A stretch of DNA of 64,000 nt from Acholeplasmataceae bacterium (GCA_963667565.1 OY763415.1:448001-512000); one strand, 5' to 3'; shown: positions 43,070 to 54,311, numbered from the stretch's first letter. Translations and numbers: made by a program. Notes: generated from the sequence alone by a model not told the origin.

Positions 43070-43579
43070 ATGGAAAATAAGCGACTTAATTTAATGTATC
43101 AATTTGGATTATTATTTATATTGTTATCCTTATTAGCTTTGCTTATTTTACCCGTAGTTTATTTGCCACTAAATAATCCGATTCGATTATCTATATATGA
43201 AGTCATGTTTGGATCAACCATAAATTTTTTAGGGCTTAATTATCAAATTTTTACATTAAGTCCTATGATATGTTTCATTGTATTTTTATTATTAGCAAAT
43301 ATTTTTCTTTTACTAATGGTATCTAAACAAAGAGAACAAGCAAAACTCATGATTATATTCTCGCTTATGATTAATCTCATTCTTGCTGGTTTGATCATCA
43401 ACCTTTCATATTTTTTGGTTGAGGGTGCAGATTACTTAGCATTTGTGTGGATATCTGGACTTGCTACACAAAGTGTGAGTGAAGTAATTAGTTATGGTAG
43501 CATTATTTCATCAGCAATGCTCGGATTTAGTTTTGTTTCATTATTATTTTTCCTAATTAAAGATAAAAATTTAAAATGA
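43070..43579 (+). CDS. Hypothetical membrane protein
   Basis: Four hydrophobic segments; follows the nitroreductase gene. Confidence 0.65.
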   Translation: MENKRLNLMYQFGLLFILLSLLALLILPVVYLPLNNPIRLSIYEVMFGSTINFLGLNYQIFTLSPMICFIVFLLLANIFLLLMVSKQREQAKLMIIFSLMINLILAGLIINLSYFLVEGADYLAFVWISGLATQSVSEVISYGSIISSAMLGFSFVSLLFFLIKDKNLK

Positions 43580-43623
43580 AAAGTGCGAAAGTACTTTTTA
43601 TTTTATGTAAAACAACAATAATA

Positions 43624-43638
43624 TATCGATAAACGATA
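43624..43638. promoter_or_regulatory. Candidate XRE-repressor operator upstream of the DUF2975 operon
   Basis: TATCG-N5-CGATA dyad with nearby AACAATAA half-sites around the TTGACA. Confidence 0.45.
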
Positions 43639-43696
43639 AAAAATAGTTGACAAACAATAAAAATGTTGTTATGATAATAATAAAGAGGTGATTTAA

Positions 43697-44296
43697 ATGG
43701 AACAAACATTTAATAAAAATAAGTATGCAGGATTTATAAAGGTCGTACAAGTTATTGTGAAAGTAGTCATGATCTTCTTGTATGTGATTTTGGGATTTGT
43801 TGCTCTAGGATTTGTAGCATCACTCATTATTCCAAATCAATTTTTAGAATTTGATTTATCTGTATTTAGTCAATATGATTTTCAAGGTATTAATATTATC
43901 AATGCAATTGATCCAACATTGTTAGAAAGAACAGTCAATCTAAAACGTGTGATGATCGTCATGTTCTTTGTTGCAAGTTTAAATTTAGGTTTTGCACAAT
44001 TTATATTAATTCATATCAATAAGCTACTTAAGAATGTTAAAGAAGAACCATTCAATGCACAAAACAGTATTATCTTAAGAAATTTAGGTATTGGGTATGT
44101 TATTAGTGGTATTGTTATTTCATTATTTAATGAGTTTTTAAGAGTTATTGTAGTACGTACGATTGATATTTTTGATACTAATTTTGATATTAGATTAAAT
44201 TGGCAATACATATTTATTGGTGTGCTCATTCTTATTTTAGGTTATATTTTCAGTTACGGTTCATATCTTCAGGAAGAACACGATCAAACGGTTTAA
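43697..44296 (+). CDS. DUF2975 family membrane protein
   Basis: PF...N...LR..G and C-terminal FSYG..LQEE.D.TV; paired with a small HTH gene. Confidence 0.85.
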   Translation: MEQTFNKNKYAGFIKVVQVIVKVVMIFLYVILGFVALGFVASLIIPNQFLEFDLSVFSQYDFQGINIINAIDPTLLERTVNLKRVMIVMFFVASLNLGFAQFILIHINKLLKNVKEEPFNAQNSIILRNLGIGYVISGIVISLFNEFLRVIVVRTIDIFDTNFDIRLNWQYIFIGVLILILGYIFSYGSYLQEEHDQTV

Positions 44297-44297
44297 T

Positions 44298-44516
44298 ATG
44301 CCAATCATTATAAGATTAGATCGCATATTAGCAGATCAAAAGATGCAGTTATCAGAGCTTGCAGAAAAAGTTGATATTAGCCTTGCTAACTTATCAAACT
44401 TAAAAACTGGTAAAGTTAAAGCCATAAGATTTTCCACATTAGAACGTATTTGTGAAATCTTATCATGTCAACCTGGAGATATATTAGAATATACAACTGA
44501 AAATGAAAATATATAA
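44298..44516 (+). CDS. XRE/YozG-like HTH transcriptional regulator
   Basis: NLSNLKTGKVKAIRFSTL..IC..L.CQPGDILEY. Confidence 0.9.
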   Translation: MPIIIRLDRILADQKMQLSELAEKVDISLANLSNLKTGKVKAIRFSTLERICEILSCQPGDILEYTTENENI

Positions 44517-44591
44517 AAAGTATGGAAACATACTTTTTTATTTGTAAAGAATAAGTGAGATTATGTTTAAATATCGTTTTCAAAAACAAAA

Positions 44592-44609
44592 TTGTTGACA
44601 AAACAACAA
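44592..44609. promoter_or_regulatory. Candidate MarR operator over the -35 of the ABC operon
   Basis: TTGTTG-N6-CAACAA inverted repeat containing TTGACA. A MarR gene ends the operon. Confidence 0.5.
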
Positions 44610-44654
44610 AATTCGTGGATAATAAATCTCGTATAAACTATGAAGAGGTGAACT

Positions 44655-46439
44655 ATGTTAAAAGTATTTAAGTATTTAAAATGGTATCACTGGGTATTCT
44701 TATTAATTATGGTCGGATTTATTTATCTCCAAGTGAGAATGGATCTAATTCTACCTGAAAAAATTGGGAATATCACAACGACCATTTTCACAGGTGTTAC
44801 AACCAATACAAATGTGACCAAAGATATTTTAAATGACGGTGTCATTATGTTAGTCGTATCTTTAGTCTCAATCGCATCAACGATTATTGCAAGTTATATT
44901 GCAACTAGAGTTGGTACAAAAGTTGCGAGCACAGTAAGAAGAGAATTATATAAACAAGTCCAAGATTTTTCAACTGCTGAAATCAATCATTTTTCAACAC
45001 CAAGTTTAATTACGCGTTCAACAAATGATATTCAACAAGTTCAAATGGCACTTATATTTATGTTAAGACTTTTAGTTACTGCACCTATTACTGCAACGCT
45101 TGCAATTTTAAAAGTTATAAATTTAAATGTTTCATTAACGATGGTTATTGTTGTTGCTGTTGCAGCAATCATTTTTCAAATTTTGATTATTTTCAGTTTA
45201 GTGGGTAAGAAGTTTACATTATTACAAACTCAAATTGATGATTTAAATCAAATTACAAGAGAAACATTGACTGGTATTAGAGTCGTTAGAGCACATAATG
45301 CAGAAGATGCTCAAGCTTCTAAATTTGATCAAGTTAATACTAAACTTACAAAAACACAATTATTTGTTAATACAGTATTCAGTTTTATGAATCCTGGTAT
45401 GGCAATCATTATGAATGGTGTGAGTTTAGGAGTAGTACTTATTTCTGCGCTTTTACTAAATGATGGAACACTCGGTTCATCACCTGTTGATGGATTAGGT
45501 ATCATGATGCAATTCACATCATATGGAATGATGATTTTATTCAGTTTTATGATGCTTATTATGTTGTTTATTTTCTTACCAAGAGCTGTTGTTTCTGCAA
45601 GACGTATTTTAGAAGTTATTGATACACCTTATTCAATTAGTGAAGCTTTAAAAGATGATGCACTTTCTGTCGATTTTGTTTTAAAACAAGATGTATCTAT
45701 TGAATTTATTAATGTATCATTTAAATATCCAAATGCTCAAGAAGAAGTACTTAAAAATATTTCATTTAAAGCAACTAAGGGTCAAACATTAGCCTTTATT
45801 GGATCAACAGGGTCTGGTAAGTCAACCATTATTCAGTTGATGCTAAGATTTTATGATGTGACAAGTGGAGAGATTCTAGTCAATGGTAAAGATATTAAAA
45901 AATATCCACTCCATACACTTTATCAACTAATGGGATACGTTCCTCAAAAGGGATTGTTATTCTCAGGTGATGTACTATCTAACTTGCAAATTTCTAAAGT
46001 TGATGCAACTGAAGATGATGCACTTGAAGCACTGGATACTGCTCAAATCAAATCATTTATCGAATCTTCTGAAGAAGGTATTCATCACAGAATTGATCAA
46101 GGTGGTAACAATGTTTCAGGTGGTCAAAAACAAAGACTTTCAATTGCTAGAGCGTTAATTAGAAATCCAAAAATATACATCTTCGATGACTCATTTAGTG
46201 CACTTGATTATCGCACAGATAAGCTCTTAAGAGATGCATTAAAAGATAAAACGAAACAAGCTTTAAAAGTCATTGTTGGTCAAAGAATTGGTACCATTAT
46301 GGACTCAGATCAAATCATCGTCCTTGATCAAGGTGAAATTGTTGGTAAAGGTAAACATAAAGAACTTCTTGAAACATGTGAACCATATCAACAAATTGCA
46401 TTTGCACAATTAAGTAAGGAGGAACTTGCACGTGGCTAA
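44655..46439 (+). CDS. Multidrug-type ABC exporter, TMD-NBD subunit A
   Basis: 6-TM domain, GSTGSGKS, VSGGQKQR and a degenerate FDDSFSALD Walker B. Confidence 0.9.
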   Translation: MLKVFKYLKWYHWVFLLIMVGFIYLQVRMDLILPEKIGNITTTIFTGVTTNTNVTKDILNDGVIMLVVSLVSIASTIIASYIATRVGTKVASTVRRELYKQVQDFSTAEINHFSTPSLITRSTNDIQQVQMALIFMLRLLVTAPITATLAILKVINLNVSLTMVIVVAVAAIIFQILIIFSLVGKKFTLLQTQIDDLNQITRETLTGIRVVRAHNAEDAQASKFDQVNTKLTKTQLFVNTVFSFMNPGMAIIMNGVSLGVVLISALLLNDGTLGSSPVDGLGIMMQFTSYGMMILFSFMMLIMLFIFLPRAVVSARRILEVIDTPYSISEALKDDALSVDFVLKQDVSIEFINVSFKYPNAQEEVLKNISFKATKGQTLAFIGSTGSGKSTIIQLMLRFYDVTSGEILVNGKDIKKYPLHTLYQLMGYVPQKGLLFSGDVLSNLQISKVDATEDDALEALDTAQIKSFIESSEEGIHHRIDQGGNNVSGGQKQRLSIARALIRNPKIYIFDDSFSALDYRTDKLLRDALKDKTKQALKVIVGQRIGTIMDSDQIIVLDQGEIVGKGKHKELLETCEPYQQIAFAQLSKEELARG

Positions 46440-48285
46440 ATCAGAAAACACAAGAGGACCTAGAATGCATGGTCCTGGTGCAGGAATGGTTGGGCAAAAG
46501 CCTAAATCATTTAAAAAATCTCTTGTACAACTTACTTCTTATTTAAAACCTTATACAGTAGTTTTAATTTTCGTCTTATTCTTTGCTATTCTTTCAACTA
46601 TTTTTAATATCATTGGACCTAAACAAGTTGGGGAAATGACAAATATTATTCAAAATGGTATAGAGGATGCATATAAAGCTTTCGCGATGGGATTAAATCC
46701 GTCACTCATTGTTAATATTGATCTAGATGCGATATTAAAAATTGTTTATTTACTTGTGACATTATATGTATTAAGTTTTATCTTTAATTTATTACAAGGT
46801 ATTATGATTGCAAGAACTACTCAAAAGATTACGAAACAATTAAGAAAAGATATATTTACTAAAATTGAAAAATTACCACTTAAGTATTTTGATCAAACAA
46901 GTTATGGTGATACACTTAGTAGAATGACGAATGATGTTGACTTAATTGGTCAAACACTTAATAGTTCAATTAGCCAATTTACAACATCTGTAACTATGAT
47001 TTTCGGTATTATCTTTATGATCTTTACAATTGATTGGAAAATTGCTTTAATTATTATTGCAATGCTTCCAATATCAATGGTTTTAATTGCACTCATCATG
47101 AAAAAATCTCAAAAATACTTTAGAGCACAACGTCAAGTATTAGGAGATCTTAATGGACATATTGAAGAAAGTTTTTCAGGACAACAAGTGCTTAAGGTTT
47201 ATCAAGCTGAAGATCGTTTCTTACAAACATTTGATAAAAGTAATGAAGCATTTTTAGAAACTTCATGGAAGAGTCAATTCTTATCAGGATTAATGATGCC
47301 AATTATGAGCTTTGTTGGTAACTTAAGTTATGTAGTTATTGCAGTTGTCGGTGCGATTTTCGCAGTTAATGGAAACCTTCAAATAGGGAATATCCAATCG
47401 CTTTTAATGTATAACAGACGTTTAAATCAACCGCTTGGTACAGTTGCTCAAAGTATGACACAAATTCAGTCATCACTTGCAGCAAGTGAACGTGTATTTG
47501 ATTTCTTAAAAGAAGAAGAGCTAGAAATTGAAAAGGATACAACTAAACCTAATAAAGTTAAAGGTTCAGTATCATTTGAACATGTGAAATTTGGATACGA
47601 ACCAAACAAAACAATTATTCATGATTTTAGTTTAGAAGTTAAACCAGGTCAAAAAGTTGCTATTGTTGGGCCAACAGGAGCTGGTAAGACAACACTTGTT
47701 AATTTGATCATGAGATTCTATGAAATTGAAGCTGGAAAAATTAAAATTGATGGTGTAGATACAAAACGCATGTCAAGACATGATGTCCATCAACTATTTG
47801 GTATGGTTCTACAAGATACTTGGTTATTCCAAGGTACAATCAAAGATAATTTAAGATATGGTAGACCAGATGCAACTGATGAAGAAGTGATAAAAGCTGC
47901 AAAAGCTGCAAACATTGACCACTTCATTAAATCGTTACCATTTGGATATGATATGGTCTTAGATGAAAATAGTAGTATTTCACAAGGTCAAAGACAATTA
48001 TTAACCATCGCAAGAGCTATGGTAAGTAATGCACCAATGCTCATCTTAGATGAGGCAACTTCTTCAGTTGATGTTAGAACTGAAATTCTTATTCAAGAAG
48101 CAATGGATGAACTAATGAAAGGCAGAACAACTTTTGTTATTGCACATAGATTATCAACCATTAAAAATGCTGATGTTATTTTAGTCTTAAAAGATGGTAA
48201 TGTTGTTGAAACTGGTAATCATGAATCTTTACTTGCAGCCAATGGTTTCTATGCAGATCTTTACAACAGTCAGTTTGAACTTTAA
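46432..48285 (+). CDS. Multidrug-type ABC exporter, TMD-NBD subunit B
   Basis: GTG start after AGGAGG; GPTGAGKT, ISQGQRQ, LDEATS and AHRLST. Confidence 0.9.
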   Translation: MAKSENTRGPRMHGPGAGMVGQKPKSFKKSLVQLTSYLKPYTVVLIFVLFFAILSTIFNIIGPKQVGEMTNIIQNGIEDAYKAFAMGLNPSLIVNIDLDAILKIVYLLVTLYVLSFIFNLLQGIMIARTTQKITKQLRKDIFTKIEKLPLKYFDQTSYGDTLSRMTNDVDLIGQTLNSSISQFTTSVTMIFGIIFMIFTIDWKIALIIIAMLPISMVLIALIMKKSQKYFRAQRQVLGDLNGHIEESFSGQQVLKVYQAEDRFLQTFDKSNEAFLETSWKSQFLSGLMMPIMSFVGNLSYVVIAVVGAIFAVNGNLQIGNIQSLLMYNRRLNQPLGTVAQSMTQIQSSLAASERVFDFLKEEELEIEKDTTKPNKVKGSVSFEHVKFGYEPNKTIIHDFSLEVKPGQKVAIVGPTGAGKTTLVNLIMRFYEIEAGKIKIDGVDTKRMSRHDVHQLFGMVLQDTWLFQGTIKDNLRYGRPDATDEEVIKAAKAANIDHFIKSLPFGYDMVLDENSSISQGQRQLLTIARAMVSNAPMLILDEATSSVDVRTEILIQEAMDELMKGRTTFVIAHRLSTIKNADVILVLKDGNVVETGNHESLLAANGFYADLYNSQFEL

Positions 48286-48287
48286 TC

Positions 48288-48707
48288 ATGAAACAAAGAG
48301 ATATTACATTTATTCCTGTTATGTTTCATCAAATTCAAAAGAAAATGATGGAAAAGCATGAAAAGATTATGGAAACATATGATCTTACAAAAAAACATGT
48401 CCCATTCTTTATGATTTTATCGAAATTTCCTGATGGTATTACGCAACAAGAATTATCAGAAAAAATGCATATGGACAAAGGACATACTTCAAGAACTTTA
48501 AGAGAACTTGAGGACAAAGGATATGTTGAAAAATTAGGTGAGAGTGCTTATAAAAATAAGTACAAAATATCACAAAAAGGTCTTGATGTTCAGTTTAACG
48601 TTAAAAAAGAGAATCAAGAAATTATTAAAACAGTACTAGAAGTACTGACTGAAGAAGAACTTGAATCTTTTGAAAGAATTATGAGAAAAATAACTGAAGC
48701 TATATAA
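48288..48707 (+). CDS. MarR-family regulator
   Basis: ITQQELS..MDKGHTSR.L.ELE.KGYV winged helix. Confidence 0.85.
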   Translation: MKQRDITFIPVMFHQIQKKMMEKHEKIMETYDLTKKHVPFFMILSKFPDGITQQELSEKMHMDKGHTSRTLRELEDKGYVEKLGESAYKNKYKISQKGLDVQFNVKKENQEIIKTVLEVLTEEELESFERIMRKITEAI

Positions 48708-48739
48708 AAAAGAAAACCATTCAATCGAATGGTTTTTTT
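48706..48739. terminator. Bidirectional terminator
   Basis: AAAACCATTC-AATC-GAATGGTTTT with flanking A and T tracts. Confidence 0.7.
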
Positions 48740-48740
48740 C

Positions 48741-49229
48741 TTATATAAGTTTAAATGATTCAATGACTACATCATCAATGGGTTTATCTTGAAATCCTGT
48801 TGGTGTACTCGCAATCAAATCAACAATTTCTATTCCTTTTGTGACAGCACCAAATGCAGCATATTGCCCATCTAAATGTGGTGCATCTTTATGCATGATA
48901 AAGAATTGTGAAGAAGCAGAATTTGGATTTGAGGTTCTTGCCATAGATAGGACACCTCTAGAGTGTAGTAAAGGATTTATAAATCCATTTTGAGTGAATT
49001 CACCTTTGATTGGATCAATTGGTTTTCCCCATCCGCCTTGAATCATAAAATTTTTAATGATTCTGTGAAACGTAAGATTTTCAAAAAAATTGTTGTTGAT
49101 AAGACCTAAAAAGTTCTCAACAGTTTTAGGTGCTACACTAGGAAATAATTGTATTTCGATTGTGCCAAAATGCTTAACCTTAAGTTCTAAGGTTGGGTTT
49201 GTTTCGTTTATTAATTCAGTAAAATGCAT
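48741..49229 (-). CDS. Cyclophilin-type peptidyl-prolyl isomerase
   Basis: APKTVENF, FHRII.NFMIQGG, SMAR, SQFFI and HLDGQYAAFG. Confidence 0.93.
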   Translation of the reverse strand: MHFTELINETNPTLELKVKHFGTIEIQLFPSVAPKTVENFLGLINNNFFENLTFHRIIKNFMIQGGWGKPIDPIKGEFTQNGFINPLLHSRGVLSMARTSNPNSASSQFFIMHKDAPHLDGQYAAFGAVTKGIEIVDLIASTPTGFQDKPIDDVVIESFKLI

Positions 49230-49277
49230 ATGATTACCTCCATTTTAATTGATTTCTATCATATTATATCATAATGT

Positions 49278-50195
49278 TTAGCCTTCAATCATATAATCAG
49301 TTTTAGATAAATAAGATTGAAAACGAACTGTTCCATAAACGCCTAATAAAATCATAAATGCTCCAATGAAATGATATATTGCTAAATGTTCATGCAAGAA
49401 AATCATGCCTGCAATCATCGCAATAACAGTAGATATATTGGTATAAATACTTGAAACATGTGCAGGTAGATGTTTAAGAGAATAACTGACTAAAAAGAAG
49501 CCACCAATGGATGCTATTGAACCTAAATATAAAATTGGTAAGAGTAATTGAATATGACCTAAATTGGTGATATATGTGTCTAACTGATTTCCGCTAATTA
49601 AACTTGCAATATATAGGATATTAAATGTGATAGCACCCATAGAAATCATAAAAAATGTAGAGGTAATAGGTGTAATTGTTTTTGTGATGTGTCTAGTAGT
49701 GATATTGAAAAAGCTGGCTGCAAGTACGGCTATGAATAGTAGTACAAATCCAATCCATTGATCGCTTGCATGTGATATTTCATTTAATTGAATGACAATA
49801 ACACCACTTACACTTAATATAATAAATAGATATTGAATAGGTTTTGGTTTTTCTTTTAAGATTATCCCACTTAAAATCGTAACAAAAATAGGTATGATTG
49901 CAATCATCAAACCTGCTTCACCACTTCCAATGTATTGTAAGCCATATGTTTCACCTAAAAAGTATATGACAGGTTGAAACAAGGCTGAAAGAAGCATATA
50001 TTTGATCATATGCTTCTTTATTTCAATTTTAATAATTTTTAAAGATATTAATAATAAAAATATGATCCATGCAAGTAAAAAACGATATGCAATAAGACCA
50101 AGAGGAGTCACATAGAGAAGTGCTGTTTTTGAAAATAAGAATGATAATCCAAAAATAGTTGCAAACCCTATGCCAGATAAATGTTTTAGTTTCAT
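49278..50195 (-). CDS. DMT/EamA family transporter
   Basis: Ten transmembrane segments with two EamA repeats (LKEKP and LHEHL). Confidence 0.85.
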   Translation of the reverse strand: MKLKHLSGIGFATIFGLSFLFSKTALLYVTPLGLIAYRFLLAWIIFLLLISLKIIKIEIKKHMIKYMLLSALFQPVIYFLGETYGLQYIGSGEAGLMIAIIPIFVTILSGIILKEKPKPIQYLFIILSVSGVIVIQLNEISHASDQWIGFVLLFIAVLAASFFNITTRHITKTITPITSTFFMISMGAITFNILYIASLISGNQLDTYITNLGHIQLLLPILYLGSIASIGGFFLVSYSLKHLPAHVSSIYTNISTVIAMIAGMIFLHEHLAIYHFIGAFMILLGVYGTVRFQSYLSKTDYMIEG

Positions 50196-50237
50196 ATGAT
50201 TTCCTATAAAAAAAGCGTCAATGACGCTTTTAAATGA

Positions 50238-50897
50238 TTAATTTACGTAAGGTCTTTTTTCTTCTTCAGGTGCTTCAATTTCCGGTTGTTTTTCTTTTGG
50301 TTTTGCTTTTTCTTTAGGTTTCCCTTCGTTTAATTCAAGAGAATGTGTACGATAAATGCGATATCCATTAAATCCATCATAACCTAAATAGAATGCACCA
50401 AATAGTGAGATGATTAAGAAGAAAATACCAACTAAATGATAATCAAAATTTGGTAATACTGCAATCACTGCACCTAATGTAAGAGATGCAATATGAATCC
50501 AGAACTTAGGTACTTCTGTTTTTTCTCCTAAAAAGACTACACTATTAAAGAATACGAGACCTCGTGCATAAAAGATGAAGACTAATGAGAAACGATATAC
50601 ATTTGCCCAAAAAGGTTCTTGATCTAGAGTTGTTCCCTTAGAAAATGCGATATAAGTAACAATACCACCAATAAGAACATCGAAAATAATTTCAATTAAA
50701 TTAAGTGTTCTTAATACTTCTTTATTAAGTGATTTAATGAGTGGTACAACTCTTAGTAATGAGAAGACTAAGATTGCAATCCCTGTGATTGCATAAACAA
50801 CTTCCGATGCAAATACCATATAAATACCTACACCTAATAAAATAGCTGCTAAAATGAATTTCAATAACCAACCATAACTAAATTTTGAATTTTTCAT
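50238..50897 (-). CDS. Hypothetical membrane protein
   Basis: GGAGG RBS; about six transmembrane segments and a charged tail. Confidence 0.7.
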   Translation of the reverse strand: MKNSKFSYGWLLKFILAAILLGVGIYMVFASEVVYAITGIAILVFSLLRVVPLIKSLNKEVLRTLNLIEIIFDVLIGGIVTYIAFSKGTTLDQEPFWANVYRFSLVFIFYARGLVFFNSVVFLGEKTEVPKFWIHIASLTLGAVIAVLPNFDYHLVGIFFLIISLFGAFYLGYDGFNGYRIYRTHSLELNEGKPKEKAKPKEKQPEIEAPEEEKRPYVN

Positions 50898-50994
50898 GTT
50901 ATACCTCCCAAAATCAAGATTTGATTATATAATCATTATATAGCATTCAGTCATGCTTTGCAATCAAAGATATTTATATCTTTAAGGAGTTTAC

Positions 50995-51444
50995 ATGAAA
51001 CACAGAAAAAGTTTTTATATGATTATCATATGGACATGTATCATTTTTGGACAATCATTATTAAATGGTGATCTTTCATCCATGGAATCAGGTACTTTCA
51101 CAGCGTTTTTCAATCAATTATTGATGATAGTGAACATTCAAATCGATATGGATTTATTACACACCATTGTTAGAAAAACAGCGCATGTGGGTTCATATTT
51201 TATATTAGCCTTATGCTACATCTATTTTTTTATTAAAAATGAAATCAATAAAACACATCAATTCTATATGATTTTACTATACATATTAATCACTGGGCTT
51301 CTTGACGAAGGCATACAAAGTTTGATAGAGGGTAGAACTTCATCATTATATGATGTAGGTTTTGATTTTTTAGGTGGATTGATAGCAATTATATGTTTTC
51401 AGATTATAAACTTGATGTATAATAGACATGTAAAAAAAATATAG
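50995..51444 (+). CDS. VanZ-like family protein
   Basis: RKTAH...Y, DE..Q....GR.....D...D..G. Confidence 0.85.
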   Translation: MKHRKSFYMIIIWTCIIFGQSLLNGDLSSMESGTFTAFFNQLLMIVNIQIDMDLLHTIVRKTAHVGSYFILALCYIYFFIKNEINKTHQFYMILLYILITGLLDEGIQSLIEGRTSSLYDVGFDFLGGLIAIICFQIINLMYNRHVKKI

Positions 51445-51462
51445 GGAATTGAGGAATAGGGC

Positions 51463-52554
51463 ATGCGTATTGAAGATGATCAAAAGCTGGATTTTAGTGA
51501 TGTGTTGATTCGTCCTAAAAGATCAACTTTAAAAAGTAGAAAAGATGTAGATTTAACAAGAAGTTATACTTTTAGACATAGTAAAAAAACATGGGAAGGT
51601 ATTCCAATTATGGCATCTAATATGGATGGTGTTGGAATGCTTGAAGTTGCACTTGCACTCCAAGAACATAATTTATTTACATGTTTAGTTAAAACTTATG
51701 GGTTAGAAGATATTGATCAATACAGTAGTAAACTTAATCCAAATAACTATTCAATCAGTACAGGAACAAATTTGAATGATTATAAAAATATTGTTGAAAT
51801 TTTAACTAAACATCCTGAAATTGAATTCATAACAATTGATGTTGCTAATGGATATTCAGAGCATTTTGGTGATTTTGTCTCAAAAGTAAGAAAAGAATTT
51901 CCAAATCACACCATTATTGCCGGAAATGTCGTTACAGCTGATATGACACAAGAACTTATTTTACGTGGTGCCGATATTGTCAAAGTTGGCATTGGACCAG
52001 GTAGTGTATGTACCACACGTATTCAAACAGGTGTTGGATATCCACAATTATCTTCAATTATAGAATGTGCTGAAGCAGCACATGGATTAGGTGCACATAT
52101 CATTGGAGATGGTGGATGTACGTGTCCTGGAGATGTTGCTAAAGCATTTGGTGCTGGCGCTGATTTCGTCATGTTAGGTGGTATGTTTGCAGGTCATGAT
52201 CAAGGTGGTGGTACCATCATCAGTGAAAAGAGAGAAACAGGATTAGTTGATTCAGAAACTAATGAAAAAATATATCATATCAAGAAATTTATGAAATTCT
52301 ATGGCATGAGTTCAGAAACAGCAATGAAGAAAAATTATGGTGAAGTTGCTGAATATAGAAGCTCAGAAGGAAAAACAGTTGTATTGCCTTATAGAGGCGA
52401 TATTAATCATACAGTATTAGACATCTTAGGTGGACTTCGCTCAACGTGTACATATGTTGGTGCAAGACGTTTAAAAGAACTTTCAAAATCAACCACATTT
52501 GTCAGAGTTGCAAGACAAGTCAATCAAGTATTTGGAGAATGGAAAAAAGATTGA
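51463..52554 (+). CDS. guaC: GMP reductase (type 1, long form)
   Basis: [50 protein letters not shown] and YR.SEGK. Confidence 0.93.
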   Translation: MRIEDDQKLDFSDVLIRPKRSTLKSRKDVDLTRSYTFRHSKKTWEGIPIMASNMDGVGMLEVALALQEHNLFTCLVKTYGLEDIDQYSSKLNPNNYSISTGTNLNDYKNIVEILTKHPEIEFITIDVANGYSEHFGDFVSKVRKEFPNHTIIAGNVVTADMTQELILRGADIVKVGIGPGSVCTTRIQTGVGYPQLSSIIECAEAAHGLGAHIIGDGGCTCPGDVAKAFGAGADFVMLGGMFAGHDQGGGTIISEKRETGLVDSETNEKIYHIKKFMKFYGMSSETAMKKNYGEVAEYRSSEGKTVVLPYRGDINHTVLDILGGLRSTCTYVGARRLKELSKSTTFVRVARQVNQVFGEWKKD

Positions 52555-52569
52555 TAAGGAGTGATTTTA

Positions 52570-53028
52570 TTGAAAAAAACATTAGCAATTAAATCAACAA
52601 AAGCAATTTTTAACATCTTGGTGATGGTTGGGGTCTTTATATTGGTGGGATTATATTTTTTCTTCACCTATAAAGATAGTGAAAAAAATTTAATGATCAC
52701 AGGACTTGTGATGGCAATTATAGGATTAGGATTATTTTTATTTAACATACCATCGTTGTTTTCACCAACGAATTTAATTGAAATAGAAGATGAGTATTTA
52801 TATATACACACATTCTTTAAAAAAGAGATCAAGATTACAATCAATGACATCATAGAAGTGAAGTCAATATTAACCATAAGACGTTTTCTTAGACCACTTA
52901 ACTATGCTTATTACACATATGGTACGCTTATCATTAAAACATCACATATGACGATTCATATCCCAAATTGTGAAGATTTAAAAGAAATAGAAGTAACCAT
53001 TCTAAAAATGTTAAAAAACGGTAAATAA
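52570..53028 (+). CDS. Hypothetical protein with two TM segments and a soluble C-terminal domain
   Basis: AAGGAG RBS; the start could be GTG 52561 or TTG 52570. Confidence 0.65.
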   Translation: MKKTLAIKSTKAIFNILVMVGVFILVGLYFFFTYKDSEKNLMITGLVMAIIGLGLFLFNIPSLFSPTNLIEIEDEYLYIHTFFKKEIKITINDIIEVKSILTIRRFLRPLNYAYYTYGTLIIKTSHMTIHIPNCEDLKEIEVTILKMLKNGK

Positions 53029-53104
53029 GCCATTTTAATTGAATTTGTATATATTTAAGTTCTATAATAAAGATGTAAAAATCAATTAAGGGAAGTGAAA
53101 TCAA

Positions 53105-53410
53105 ATGAATCCAAAAGGTATTATGTTACTCCATTACAGAGATAAACAACGTAAACTTAATTTTGTAACTCATGAAGGTGCACTTTTAGCCATAACACAT
53201 GGTGATTCAAACAAAGTAGCATTCATGAATGAAAATGATCAAGTTAATCTTCAATTTGGAAAAGATATTGTTAGTGCAACACCTGAAATCATCAGTAATC
53301 CAAAAGAAGTTCAAGAACTTTATGAATTTATGGAATCTGAAGATAATAATCATTATCCAAAATATCAAGATGACTTTGTAGCAGTAAAATTTCATTTAAA
53401 CAATAAATAA
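53105..53410 (+). CDS. Small hypothetical protein, possibly pyridoxamine-phosphate-oxidase-like split barrel
   Basis: T..DSNKV..M..N..V pattern; has its own promoter and terminator. Confidence 0.55.
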   Translation: MNPKGIMLLHYRDKQRKLNFVTHEGALLAITHGDSNKVAFMNENDQVNLQFGKDIVSATPEIISNPKEVQELYEFMESEDNNHYPKYQDDFVAVKFHLNNK

Positions 53411-53465
53411 AACCTCATTTGAGGTTTTTTTTATTGAACATGATATACTTGATTTAGGTGATGAT

Positions 53466-54311
53466 ATGAATCAAAAATGGATTAAATTTAAAATCAATCA
53501 AACATTTGATCAAAAAACAGTACGAATGTTTCTAGAACATTTTTTTATTGCACATAAAAAAATATATAAATTAGAAATGGACCATGCAATACTGGTCAAC
53601 AAAAAAGAAGTAAAGACTCATGAATTACTTCACCAAGGTGATGAAATAGAATTTGATTTGTCGCAATTATCAGCTGACAAAGTCATGCCATATAAAGGTG
53701 ATATAGAAGTGGTTTATGAAGATGAAGATTTTTTAGTTCTTAATAAACCAAGAGCTTGTCTTGTCTATAGTGATGGAACAGATTTAGACACATTAACAAA
53801 TCGCGTTGCTTATCATTATCATACGTTTTACCCAATTCTACCTATACATCGTATTGATTACGATACGACAGGGTTAGTTTTATTTGCAAAACATGGATTA
53901 TCACTTGCTTATGTATCGAAATTATTTGAAGAAGATCAAATAGAAAAAACATATGACTGTGTTGTTGAAAATGATTTTATTGATAAAAAAGGTGTCATTA
54001 AGACAAAAATTGCAAGGGATCGTCATGACCAAAAAATGCGCGTATCTGACTCAGGAAAAGATGCATTTACGAGTTATGAGGTTGTTGGATATTTAGAGCA
54101 ATACCCAAGGCTAAAAGTAATGATTAAGGGTGGAAGAAAACATCAAATTAGAGTTCATTTAAGAAGTATAGGACATCCAATCATCTCTGATTTGCTTTAT
54201 GGACATAAGAATTTAAAGTATCCCAATCTTATGTTACATTTCTCAAAAATTAAATTTATACACCCTAGAACCTTAGAATATGTGGAAATTGTAAAAGAAG
54301 CTGAATTTTAA
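53466..54311 (+). CDS. RluA-family pseudouridine synthase
   Basis: NKP, HRID..TTG, GRKHQIRVH and GHPI..D.LYG. Confidence 0.9.
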   Translation: MNQKWIKFKINQTFDQKTVRMFLEHFFIAHKKIYKLEMDHAILVNKKEVKTHELLHQGDEIEFDLSQLSADKVMPYKGDIEVVYEDEDFLVLNKPRACLVYSDGTDLDTLTNRVAYHYHTFYPILPIHRIDYDTTGLVLFAKHGLSLAYVSKLFEEDQIEKTYDCVVENDFIDKKGVIKTKIARDRHDQKMRVSDSGKDAFTSYEVVGYLEQYPRLKVMIKGGRKHQIRVHLRSIGHPIISDLLYGHKNLKYPNLMLHFSKIKFIHPRTLEYVEIVKEAEF

